A stretch of 64,000 nucleotides of DNA. Origin: Octopus vulgaris. Lineage: Eukaryota. The stretch lies in contig OX597825.1 of the NCBI GenBank assembly GCA_951406725.2, forward strand, positions 65,224,001 to 65,288,000, given 5' to 3'. How positions within the stretch are numbered: the stretch's first letter is position 1; the number at the start of each line of letters is the position of its first letter. Shown here piece after piece: positions 31,261 through 43,675 of the stretch. The position numbers and the translations under genes were made by a program. The notes under the pieces are model-generated. The model saw nothing but the letters and a program-made list of their open reading frames with translations. It had not been told where the DNA came from and ran no database searches.

Positions 31261-33381
31261 ATATATATATAATTATGTGAGTGAGTGTGATTGTGTGTGC
31301 ACGTATGTATATATGTTTCCCTGGTTCTATGATGAAAAACATATATTCGAACGTAGATAGTCACATACATGCGTTCGCTTGTGTTTTAGTTTATTGTTGA
31401 GAAAATTGACAATCGAAAGTGGCATTAACTGAGAGCCGAATCTATCTGAAAAGTTGTTAGAATACTAACGTCTAAACCAATAACAGTAAGACAAAATAAA
31501 ACAACGCCATCACTTGCTGACAGCATTACTGTACAACGATCTATATGACTCTATGTAGTATGTTCTTGGTTGTAATATTTATTTCATTGACATTTCAAGT
31601 TAGTTTTACATAACTAGATATCTGCTAGACAGTTGGTGTATTGATGACGTACGTGGAAGCATATGTGTGTGTATGACGTGTGTTTGTACGTGTGTACGTT
31701 CGTGTGAGTTGAGCATATGTGTGTGTGAGTGTGTGAATATATTCGTCTAGTTATATCCATCTGTCTGTTTTATATATATATCTCCATTTATTTGTCGTTC
31801 TCTCTTTATATCTGACAGTCTAGCTTTCGCCCTTGCTCTACTCAACTATCCTTATGACTATCTACTTATAGACACACACACAGGCACACGTATATATGAT
31901 GAATAAACATGTATGTACGTACTTATATATATGTGTGTGTATAGATTTATATTTTTATTTATTATATAAATGTATGCACAAACGCACACACACACACGCG
32001 TACAGACACATCTATCGATTTATATGTCTTTTCACGTATTTATTTTGTATTTCCTTCTACCTGCCGTGTTTCCACCCTCATTCTGTTGTATCATTGCATT
32101 TATGTATTTTTCATAGAAGAATTTTTATGTGTCTATAGAATGCACGATAAATAATTGACTAGAATGATTGATGAAGACGGATAGCCAAGGGCAAAGAGAA
32201 ATTCTGTATGCGAGAAAACATTATTGCACATGCGCACACTGACAGTCACTAGTCCAAATAGTATAAGTAGAAACTTCACAATACAGCTTACTTCTAACAA
32301 GTACACCATAATGACAAAAAATTTTAAACACTTGGAAATGATAATGAAAGAAAATTGTAAAACCAGGGCGTGATAATCATAGCCGTTAAGCTTAATGAAT
32401 TTCTCCTGTATTCTAAAATATCTGCAAGCAAATGGTGCCAATATAAATTAAAATGTATATTAATTGGATAGACATCACTAAATGAAGCTAATTCGAAGAT
32501 ATGTTTAATCTAATATAGAGAATGGCATAAATGAATGATATATTTATACCTGTAATAATATAGTGTTATATATCGTTTAAACTGTATTTCTGGAAAGACG
32601 AATAGATTTAAATTACAGAATAAAGAATGAAGCAAATTTTCATTGACTGACTTACCCAATGGGTCCTTTCTTATTTCTATATATTAGAAATTCGAGGACG
32701 TCGTAACAGATATAGAAGCAATTTCTTGGTTCTTGGAAATCTTAAGAGCAATCTTAAGAGGAAAATTTGCTGATTGGTAGCAATCTTAAATTTAGGTATT
32801 CTGTTAGTAAGACTTCAGAAACCAGTTTTTTCTCAAGGTTACCACCCAACACTTTATTGAAATTTAGATGATATATAGTAAGCGGCACAGCAAGACCGAG
32901 CAAAACAATTTCCTGATTGTTATCAACAAATATACATAGACTAAAGATTTTCAAAGGCGTTGAATCACTGGTGTACATGTTTGTAATTAAACTAAGTCTA
33001 TAAAACTATACGTGATCGCTCACAATTTCAAAATAACACATGACGCCTTGGTTTATAAGTGTAGTAACCAATCTGTATTGGCCAGATAGTAGAAGCTGCG
33101 AAACATAGGTTTATATTGCGTAAATATTTACAATAACTTGTTAAAAGGCAGAAAGAACACATTGGAACCCTCAACTCGTGATCTTTTACTTGTTTCAGCA
33201 ATGTCTTGAAGGATTAGTCCCACAAATCGACACCAATATTAATTATAAGTCTGGCATTCATTCTCTTGGTCACTATTGTCGAACATCTTAAGTAAACAAA
33301 CCAACACCGCTTGTTAAGTCTATGGGAGAGCAATCATAAACACAAAGACCACTTAGAAACATAGACATACACAGACACGTA

Positions 33382-33450
<69 letters not shown>

Positions 33451-33594
33451 AACAATAAAGATTCAAGTTAATTTAAATGAATTTACTTGAATATGGTACC
33501 TAACTTAGATGCACCAAAAAAAACTATACTGTTTTAACAATACAGTAATGTGGGGTGATTATAAGCGAGAAAGAAGCAACAAGAATGGATAGGT

Positions 33595-33685
33595 TTTTAG
33601 TACAATCGTTTCATACAAGGACAGGCTTTATTAAAAGTTGCAAAAATTACAGCATATAAACGTGTCCTGTACTCATCAGCTAAAA
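33595..33685 (-). ncRNA. Type I hammerhead ribozyme (minus-strand copy)
   Basis: Reverse complement of 35952-36042: TTTTAG-CTGATGA-stem II-GAAA-CGATTG-TA-CTAAAA. Confidence 0.82.
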
Positions 33686-35951
33686 TACATGTGAGTTCTC
33701 TAGACATCCTATTGGTTGAGGCTATACTCATGAAGTAGATAATTAAGTAACATAAACAGATTTCCAAAGTTCATTAAAGTTCTTTAAAGATGATGTGCAG
33801 TCTTATCACAGAATTTTAAAAAACGTTTTAACAGCATCACAGAGAAGATGACCTAATCCATAGTGCACATATGAATTTCCAGAGATATGATGAGGGATTA
33901 CATACTCACAGACGACAAATTTATCCATTGTTAATCACAACGAGGTGGGTCTCAATTCCTGCTTATTAGCATTACAGAGAGGGTGAATTAATCCTTTGTA
34001 TAGATGCACAATTTCCAATGGTGTAGATGTAAATTTCCAGAGAAATGAAGAGGAATTTCATATTCACAGGCGATAAATTTATCAATGGTTGAACACAATG
34101 AGGTAGGTATCAATTCTTGTTATATGATTAGGTATTTGCCACATTAATCACATTACTGCTATTTACAAGAGGCTGTAGCTATTTAACTTTTAAAGGCTGA
34201 AGGGCTTTCTAGAGAGGCAAAGAATAGAAAAGGGGAAGGAATAGAAGAAAAGAGAGAAAATAAAGGAGGAGGGAGCAAAAAAGGGGGGAGGGGGAACTAA
34301 AAGAGAAGAGAAAAGGAAAAAGAGAATAGGAAGAAGAAAAAGAAAAAAGAGAAAAGAGAAAGAAATAGGGAAAGAAGGGAAAAAAAGAAAAAAGAAAAAG
34401 AAAAAAAGAGGGTTCTAGTTATACAGAAGAATTAGCAGACGGCAAGTCTGGTTTTAATTTACAGGCATCTAGGAACTAGAGGAGAATATTATTCTTTGAC
34501 CAGTAAAACAGCTAATTTATTGCTGTTGAAATCAGCTATGAATTTAAAGAGAATCTAAAGAGATAACACAGTCAGGGGTTTAGGGGTCAGATGCTAAAAT
34601 CAAAAGAAAATACATTAGGAAAATCTAAGTATAATCTTATCAAAAAGTCATTAAAGTTTACTTATTTAATTTATTCATTATATTGTCCTAAGGAGTTGCC
34701 TTTATTATTCATACATTGACGGACTACAGGTCAAATCTTAGAAGATCATTTACAAGGTGTTAGGGGATTGTCTATCATAATGAAGATAATCATATTATCA
34801 CCGAGGGAGTAGCCTTATTTATTTAATTTTGAAATAGAATTATGGGGCTATAGTAACTCATTTTATTTTATTAGAGTTATGCTACTTAAATTAGATTAAG
34901 TTAGAAATTAAAATTACAAATTACAATTAAGATTTAAAATTAAGAATTTAAAATTATGAGTTTGAAATTAAATAAAGCCTCAATTAAGCAGCGTATAAGT
35001 ACTATTCATTTCCCTGTTCTCAAAAAAAACTGATGCAGATATAAGGAAAAAGATAACTGTAGTGTGAGAACTCTTAGTTATCTACTTAAAGCAGTGTTAT
35101 ACTAGTAGAAATCAAGTTATATCTATCTATCTAGTTACGAATATTCTAATCATTTAAAATATTTTAAAGTCTTCAATTTAGCGTGGACACAAACTTGACC
35201 TAGTTCGATATGGTTATTCAATAAGTTTCTATGTTTTCTATGCTTTAGAATTTCTTTTTTTCCCTTCTTTCCCTATTTCTTTCTCTTTTCTCTTTTTTCT
35301 TTTTCTTCTTCCTATTCTCTTTTTCCTTTTCTCTTGTCTTTTAGTCCCCCTCCCCCCTTTTTTGCTCCCTCCTCCTTTATTTTCTCTTTTCTTCTATTCC
35401 CTCCCCTTTTCTATTCTTTGCCTCTCTAGAAAGCCCTTCAGCCTTTAAAAGTTAAATAGCTACAGCCTCTTGTAAATAGCAGTAATGTGATTAATGTGGC
35501 AAATACCTAATCATATAACAAGAATTGATACCTACCTCATTGTGTTCAACCATTGATAAATTTATCGCCTGTGAATATGAAATTCCTCTTCATTTCTCTG
35601 GAAATTTACATCTACACCATTGGAAATTGTGCATCTATACAAAGGATTAATTCACCCTCTCTGTAATGCTAATAAGCAGGAATTGAGACCCACCTCGTTG
35701 TGATTAACAATGGATAAATTTGTCGTCTGTGAGTATGTAATCCCTCATCATATCTCTGGAAATTCATATGTGCACTATGGATTAGGTCACCTTCTCTGTG
35801 ATGCTGTTAAAACTTTTTTTAAATTCTGTGATAAGACTGCACATCATCTTTAAAGAACTTTAATGAACTTTGGAAATCTGTTTATGTTACTTAATTATCT
35901 ACTTCATGAGTATAGCCTCAACCAATAGGATGTCTAGAGAACTCACATGTA

Positions 35952-36042
35952 TTTTAGCTGATGAGTACAGGACACGTTTATATGCTGTAATTTTTGCAAC
36001 TTTTAATAAAGCCTGTCCTTGTATGAAACGATTGTACTAAAA
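35952..36042 (+). ncRNA. Type I hammerhead ribozyme (plus-strand copy)
   Basis: Stem I TTTTAG (35952-57)/CTAAAA (36037-42); CUGAUGA 35958-64; stem II GTACAGGACA (35965-74)/TGTCCtTGTAT (36014-24); GAAA 36025-28; minimal stem III AC-gatt-GT. Predicted cleavage after GUA at 36036. Confidence 0.82.
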
Positions 36043-36098
36043 ACCTATCCATTCTTGTTGCTTCTTTCTCACGTATATATATATATATATATATATAT

Positions 36099-36681
36099 AA
36101 CCCTAGGTAGCCTGGTGAGAGACACTAACGAGCATTACTTAAGTGCGAAATCACTGGTAATCTATGCCCCAGATGCTTTATGGAGCCTGCCTCATTTGTC
36201 AATCATAAGTGCTTTCGTGTGGCTAAGAATTGTTTTGACTATTATTTCTAGCAATGTTGGTGCAAACTATTGCCTGTAGTCACTTTAGCGACGTCTATAC
36301 TTCTACATTTCCGTTACATTTTACGAATAAGCCACCTTTATTATTTATAATTTTCACTTTTGCCACTTAGGAAATCAGCGTATGATTTCTACGGTAACTC
36401 TTACAAACTGACAACGTGAGCAAGCTTAACCCTGGGCAGCCGGTTTGAGAGCCGCAGCAGACATTAATCAAATGCAAAATCACTGGTTATCTGGCTATGC
36501 CTCGGATGCTGTAGGGAACTTACCTCCCTAATCAGTCATAAGACAACTGCTTTCCCGTGGCTTTGAGTTGTTTTGACTCTTATTTCTAGCAATGCTGGTG
36601 CTAACTAGTACTCTTAGTCACTATAGTGACTTCTATACTTCTGTATTTCGCTTGCAAATTGCGAATATGTCGCCTTTAATA
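36099..36681. repeat. Old diverged tandem duplication, period ~329 bp
   Basis: 36099-36342 aligns with 36428-36681 (AAATCACTGGT.ATCT, TTGTTTTGACT.TTATTTCTAGCAATG.TGGTGC.AACTA, TAGTCACT.TAG.GAC.TCTATACTTCT). Confidence 0.85.
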
Positions 36682-36696
36682 TGTGCCTGTATATAT

Positions 36697-36845
36697 ATAG
36701 TTCACATTTATAGAAAAACTAAGACGAATAGTTCAAATTTATAGAAAAACGAAGACAGGAGTAGGAATAACAAGCAACTGTAGTAGTTTGACGCTCGAGA
36801 AAAGTTGAAAAGACTTTTACGTTTCGAGCCTACGCTCTTAAACAC
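36697..36845 (-). mobile_element. Truncated relative of the 60463 hammerhead element
   Basis: Minus strand AAGAGCGTAGGCTCGAAACGTAAAAG keeps stem II, GAAA and the cleavage triplet, but the CUGANGA box is missing. Shares the GACGCTC motif with 60532-60538. Flanked by short TA repeats. Confidence 0.65.
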
Positions 36846-37438
36846 ATATATATGTGCGACTCACTTGTTCCGTCTTCCAAACTACCAAATTTACTCGGTT
36901 CAAATTTTTGTGAACTACATAACTATGCGTTGCCTGTAACAGAAATATCTTTCGTTTCATGTTTCGAATAATTGTAAAAAAATATCTCTTTTCTGGAAGC
37001 TAACAGGTAGACATTGTCCCAATGTTCACTATGTTTGTTTATGATATAAGGGGTGGGATCTAATGCCTAATGAAAAATGGGACCCCACTTCACACATTCT
37101 TTCATCCTCCGCTCGCTTCAATTTGATTTACGTTGAGTGGTGGTACATAAAATACTTTCCAGAATATACGTCTGTTCTTTCACGGCTCAAGTTTAAAATC
37201 CCAGCAGGGTCTCCTTTGCATTTTATTCTGCCAAGATCAATAAAATAAGTACCAGGCACGTGCTGGAACGGGTTCAATCGATGAGACATCCTCCCCACCG
37301 CCGCCACTGGCAAGAAAATGTGTGGCTTTCTAATCTCAATAAATATATCATTGTTTAAATACATACATACACACGCACACGTGTATATATGTGCATATAT
37401 ATTTTTTTCTTTCATTTGTTTCTGGCATGTGACTGTGG

Positions 37439-37480
<42 letters not shown>

Positions 37481-37966
37481 CATATCTATATATATATATA
37501 TATATATGTATATACATATATATGTGTATACACACACTAACACATACAGACATATATATATATACATGCATATATATATATGTCGTGTGTGAGTATATAT
37601 GCATATACATAAGTGTTTATGTGTGTATATATATGTATATATATATATACACATATATGTGTGTGCACGTAAACGGAGACACTAAGCAAATGTGTGTGCA
37701 TAGGTATCATTGTTTATACACATGCACAAACATACATACACACATGCATACATACACACACACGCATCATGCATATATACATATATTCATACATACATAC
37801 GTGCATACGCATATATTGTTAGCGATGAAAACCCGTCAAATAAACACGTATTCACATGAAAAATGTCCATATGCTGTAATATCTAATGTGTGTACGTACA
37901 CGTACGTACATCTGTGTGAAAATAGGGGTAGCTGTACGTGTATGATAGTTTCTCATTACGTATGCG

Positions 37967-37997
<31 letters not shown>

Positions 37998-38158
37998 TAT
38001 GTATGTATGTAATGTTGAGTGCCTGTTTATGTCGATGTAAGGAGAACAGGATGAAAAAAATAGACAGTGTCGAAAGGAAGCTATAAAACATTGAAGTCTG
38101 TATGTATTGTTAGTTAACATGAAAGATATTGTTGGCGAAGGAATTACTTCAGGGGCGA

Positions 38159-40020
38159 TGGGGGTTGTGGTGGTAGTGGTGGTGGTGGTGGTGGTGGTGA
38201 ATGGTGGTATTACTGTAGTGGGTGGTAGTGAAGTTGATAATGGCGTGTCGTTGTTGTTGATGGTGATAGTGGTGGTGGTGGTGGTGGTGGTGGTGGTGGT
38301 GGTCGGTGGCAGTGGTAATGTTGCTGTCTCTTGTGGACGTCGTTCATGTTTTTGGTGGTGGTGGTAGTGGAAGTGGTAGAGGTGTTTGTGGAGGTGGTAG
38401 TATTGTTATCCATGGCGGTGTTGGTGCTGGTGGTTGTGGTTGTGGTTGTAGTGGTAGTGGACGTAGTAGAGGTGTTTGTAGGGGTGGTAGTGTTGTTATC
38501 CATGGTGGTGCTGGTGGTGCTGGTGCTGGTGCTGGTGCTGGTGGTGGTGGTAATGGTGTTGATTTTGAGGTTTGCAGTTCTGGTAATGGTGGTGCTGATA
38601 TTGTTCTTGTAGTTGTTGATGGTAGTGTCGGTGATATTGTTTTGGTGGCGGTGCTTTTCTCATTCGTTGCACTGATGGTGGCAGCAGTGGTAGTGGTGGT
38701 GGTGACGTTGGTGATGGTAGTTTGGTGTTGAATGCGATGGTACGGGCGATATTTATGGCAGTACGAGTGCTATTAATGGTAGTAAACCCGATGACGGTGG
38801 TGATGGTGATGGTGATGGTGATGGTGATGGTGATGTGGTGATGGTGGTGGTGGTAGGAATGGTGGGGTCGGTGTCGGTGATCGTCAACTTCATGATGTTT
38901 GTCGTAATAATGGCTTCAAATTTTGTCACAAGAGCAGCAATTTCGTGAGGAAGGGATGAGACGATAACATCGACCCCAGTGCGTAACTGGTACTTAATTT
39001 ATCGATCCCTAAATGATAAAAGGCAAAGTCGACCTCGGTGGAATTTGAACTCAGTACGTAAAGACAGACGAAATACCGCTAAGCATGTCGGCCGGCGTGC
39101 TAACGTTTCTGCCAGATCACCGCCATCGTTGCTTACATCAGCACCTGCTGCTCTAATGATGGTGATGATGATGCATGATGATGATGATGATGATGACGAT
39201 GAAGCCGGTGATGATAATGACGATGACGACAAAGCAGATGACGATGATCTTGATGATGATAAGGGGGAGGAGAATAACGATGATGACGTTGGTGATGACG
39301 ATGAGGGTCGTGATGAGGATGATGTCGGCGATGATTACGACGTCGATGATGGTGATGCTGATGATGATGATATGATGAGGCTGAGGATGATGACGACGAC
39401 AAGGATGATGATGTTGATGGTGATGATGATGATGATGACGACGACGATGTTGATGAAGGGGAAGATGATGTCGACAGCAGTGGTGAATTTGATGACAAAG
39501 GTGGTAATGATGGCGATGGTGTTGGTGGTGAGATACCATTCGTTGTTGGTAGCAGTTGTGATGGTAGTGCTGGAAGTGTTTGAGGAGGGGAGGAGGGGAA
39601 GGGAAGAGGAGGAGTAGGAAGGAAGGGGAAAAGAGGAGTAGTAAGATGTGGAGAAGAAGTGAGGGAGGAGGAGAAGTTGGAGGAGGGAAAAGAAGGAGAA
39701 GTTGAGAAGAGGAGGTAAAGAGGGACGATGAGGAGGAGGAGGAGGCGGTAAAGGAGGAGAAAGAAGTCAAGAATAGGTGGAGGAGGAGGAAATGAAGGAA
39801 GTAGAGGAAGAAGAGGAGGAAGGGAAGAGAAAAAGAAGAGGCGTAGGGAAGGAGGATTAAGTAGAGAAGAGGAAGAGGAAAGGAGGAAGGGGAGAGGAGA
39901 AGGTGAAGGAGGAGAGGAAGAGGAATTGGAATGGGCAAGTGAAAGTGAAGAGAATTGAAGGAGGAGGTGTAGGAGATGAAGAGGAAGAAGAAGAAGAAGA
40001 AGAAGAAGAAGAAGAAGAAG

Positions 40021-40054
<34 letters not shown>

Positions 40055-41190
40055 GGAGTAAGGGCTGAGCGCTGAGTGTTTGCGTGCGTTAAAACAACAA
40101 GACAACAAACAGAAATGACTTGTTGTAACGAACTGGAACCGTCCATATATTTCTTGCGAAATGTTTCACACACGTGTGAACAGTTCCTCCTCAAAGACAA
40201 CTACCAAACCCACACAAGTCAAAGAATTTCGTTAACAACATATTAGAAATGATCCGACTACTTCGCGGCATCGCGCTTCCTTTGTGATAAATACTTTTGT
40301 TTTTGTTTTCTGTTTTGTTTTTGCTCTTGTTTTTTTTTTGTCTTTGTTCTTTTGTTGTTGTAGTTCGGGATTTGTTGATGGAGTTGTCGCTGTCGGCGAT
40401 GGCAATAACGTTTATGGTGGTGATGGTGGGTGTGGCTACGGTGGGGTGTTGGGTGTTTTTATGGGAAACGGTGAACGAATGGTTGCGGGATATTTGGTAG
40501 GTTGGTGAACGGGTGGTGGCGCAATGATGTCGGGATGGTGGTGATAGTAGTAATGGTAGTAGTGTTGGCGTTGTTGTTGTTGTTTGTGGTGGTGATGGTA
40601 GTAGTAGTAGTGGTCGTAGCGGTGGCAGTGGTGGTGATGGTCGGAGTAGTCATCGTCATCGAATTCATTAATTGCAGGTAAGGATGGAGCAAATAGAAAC
40701 GAGAAGGTGCAGGAACAGAGGAGGAAAAGGAAAGGGGGAAGAACACGCCTTGCTAATGTTGCTGGACTGATTATGATGATGATGATGAAGATGGTTGTGG
40801 TGGAGGTGGTGAAGAATTATGTTACTGTTGTTGTTTTTGATACTGGTGATGACGATGAAAACGGTTATTATGGTGGTGATGATGTCGATCATAATCGGGG
40901 TGATGAGGATGATGACGATAAAGACAACGATTATGATGGTTATGGTGATGCCAGTGTTGATGATAATGACCATGATGATGATAATGATGATGACGACGAC
41001 GACGATGATGACGATGACGATAATGATGATGATGATGATGACGATGATGATGACGACGAGGATGACGATGATGATCATCATGATGAGGAACATGATGATG
41101 AAGGTTGTGATGATTATGATGAAGATGATGATGATAATGATGATGGTAACGATGACGATAACGATGATGATGACCATGATGTTGATGGCG
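38159..41190. repeat. 3-kb degenerate trinucleotide low-complexity domain (GGT, GAT, GGA, GAA, CAA, GTT blocks)
   Basis: Direct reading. Includes a 90-bp-period duplication at about 38360-38525. ORFs are open in several frames on both strands, as expected for simple sequence. Confidence 0.92.
38910..39125 (-). mobile_element. SINE family B monomer within the low-complexity domain
   Basis: ATCGACCCCAGTGCGTAACTGGTACTTAATTTATCGA...GGCAAAGTCGACCTCGGTGGAATTTGAACTCAG...TTTCTGCCAG. Confidence 0.88.
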
Positions 41191-42084
41191 GACATTAACA
41201 CATACATTTACTATTTTCTAACGTTTCTTTTTCTTTTTTTCTTTGCATATCTGCTGTGTTGCTTATATGTACTATTAATAGTAACTGAAACGACAAGGGG
41301 GGCTGAGTGGGGTACAAAAAGGAAGAAGAAAATACAAATGTTTCTTAAAAAAGAAAAACAAAAGCAAGAAATAATTTGAATGCTTAAAACACATGTTATA
41401 TAATTGGGTGCAATTATGTATATATTTAGCCTAAAGCAGTTAAAATTTCATTTTAAGAAATTCCCAAACAAATTTAGACAAACATTTTTTTAATATTAAA
41501 CAATTTATGTGAAAACCTTCAAAGTATGAAGCAAAGAAAGGAAATGAAATTAAAAATGAATAATCAAAAATGAGAAAAACTCACTAAAATTAGCGGGAAA
41601 CAAAAAAACAAAAATGGACGTAAAAACGATAGGAGGGGTGGAAGAAAAACCCCGCAAAATACTAACGAAGAAAGGAATTTTCTAAATGAAAACTCTTTGC
41701 AAATATTCCGACACATTCATTAGCACATTCTTATTTTCTCTTGTTCCAACAACATATGCCTTTTTTATTGCATCGTTCTTTTAATATTCTTTATCGATGC
41801 TACGTTTGTTTGTTTATGTCTTAATAAACTTGATGTTAACGTAATAGTATATATGATGGGAAGGAGTTTGGCAAACGATATCATTTCTATGGCTTCTATA
41901 TGCTTATATTATGTGTGTGCGTGTGTGTGTGAGAGTGTGTGTGCGTGTGCGTATATATTGTTTTCCGTTATTTTTTATATGTTGTTTAATGTTACTTATT
42001 CTTCAACATTGAAGATATATTGCAAACGTTAATACTTAGCAGCAAAGTATGCGTGCACACGTACACACGTCTGATTATGTATGC

Positions 42085-42134
<50 letters not shown>

Positions 42135-42186
42135 GTACATATATATGTGTACATATATATACATACATATATATGTATATATATAT

Positions 42187-42219
<33 letters not shown>

Positions 42220-42222
42220 CAA

Positions 42223-42301
<79 letters not shown>

Positions 42302-43373
42302 TGTGCATCTGTATGAGCATATATATTATAATGTATAATATATGTGTGTGTGGGTGGTTATATGTATATGGGATTTATGGGTATATACGCTTGTAACTCC
42401 ATTATCCGTTTCATATATTTTGCGTGTCTATATATTGGTGTATATATATATACACACACACACATATATATATGTGTATACATACATATATACATACATT
42501 ATATATATATGCATATATATATATATGGGTTTGTATTGCTTGTGTATAAATGTGCTTGTGTATGTCTGTGTTAGGTTTTGTACCTGTATGATTAAGTATA
42601 TACTCACACACGTAAATACGCACCAAAATACGCATATACATACATTCAAATTGTGTACGCAAATACCTCGTTGCATATACATACACATATCCATAAGTTT
42701 TATGGAGCTAAGTGAGAGAAAAAAAATCAAGATAATTGTTTATCTTGAACACGCTACTGTTCTGTGAAAACCATGAGTCAATTTGCTCACGCATCTACTG
42801 CAGAATCTGCCTTAATATTTCCACTAATTACACGTAAGCAGCTAAACACAGCGTTATAGCTTCCGGTATGTAATGCATAAACCATGAAATAGAATATTTT
42901 CTTTGTCGCTCGATCCGCTAGAAAGAGCAGTTAAATTGCTTTTGTAATTTCAATGTGCAAACCATGAAATATTCTCGTTTTGGCAAAGAGAATCTTACTA
43001 ACAGTGTTATGTAGTTTATACGCATATGAGAAATAGCAACGAAACAGCTTTTTGGATAACATCCTATCAGCTTATAAGAGAAAGGATACAGACATTGAAC
43101 CGTGGTAGTGAGACGGTTATAGCTTCATATCGTATGAATGCATTATTTGCTAGAAATTGCAGCCACACAGCCTTCACACTGCCACAATATCATCATCATT
43201 TCGACCTAAGTAAGTCTTATTCCGCTAACTTATCGGACTCAAGGAGACTGTGCTATTATCACAGACCATTCTGATGCACTGAGATATGTAGTTACTCCTA
43301 AGTACTATATTTATACCGCCATTACAATTTAACGATTATATCATGAACGAGAATACGAATGCATTAACGTACA

Positions 43374-43651
43374 AGCGTAGGAGTGGCTGTGTGGTAAGTA
43401 GCTTGCTTACGAACCACATGGTTCCGGGTTCAGTCCCACTGCGTGACACCTTGGGCTTGTGTCTTCTACTATAGCCTCGGGCCGATCAAAGTCTTGTGAG
43501 TGGATTTGGTAGACAGAGACTGAAAGAAGCCCGTCGTATATATGTATATGTATATATGTGTTTGTGTGTCTGTGTTTGTCCCCCACCCCCAACATCGCTT
43601 GTCAACCGATGGTGGTGTGATTACGTCCCCGTAACTTACACAAATAAGTCC
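43374..43651 (+). mobile_element. SINE family C, 3'-deleted copy
   Basis: Matches the 30817 copy up to CCCCGTAACTTA, then jumps to AATAAGTCC. Confidence 0.87.
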
Positions 43652-43675
43652 AGCTCTTGATAGAAGTGCATGCAC

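Larger units (their letters stand above)
33567..36070. repeat. Long inverted repeat: ~820-bp arms, ~860-bp spacer
   Basis: GAGAAAGAAGCAACAAGAATGGATAGG at 33567 vs CCTATCCATTCTTGTTGCTTCTTTCTC ending 36070; the match continues through the GA-rich/CT-rich inner ends. Confidence 0.97.
33448..36073 (-). mobile_element. Non-autonomous Penelope-like element with inverted pseudo-LTR
   Basis: Arms 33567-34390 and 35251-36070 are reverse complements differing at only a handful of positions. Each holds a hammerhead. The minus copy has about 120 bp more 3' sequence. The whole unit lies between (TA)n tracts and has no intact ORF. The PLE assignment rests on architecture. Confidence 0.75.

Noticed and set aside
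34391-35250. Intact GIY-YIG/RT ORF in the foldback spacer
   Set aside because: No ORF of 60 aa or more is listed there and only faint motif-like words are visible, so it is not called as a CDS.
39133-41379. Long ORFs (355, 299, 186 and 163 aa) rich in S/P/H/D/M
   Set aside because: Open in several overlapping frames on both strands because trinucleotide tracts lack stops; some run into a SINE; no domain recognised.
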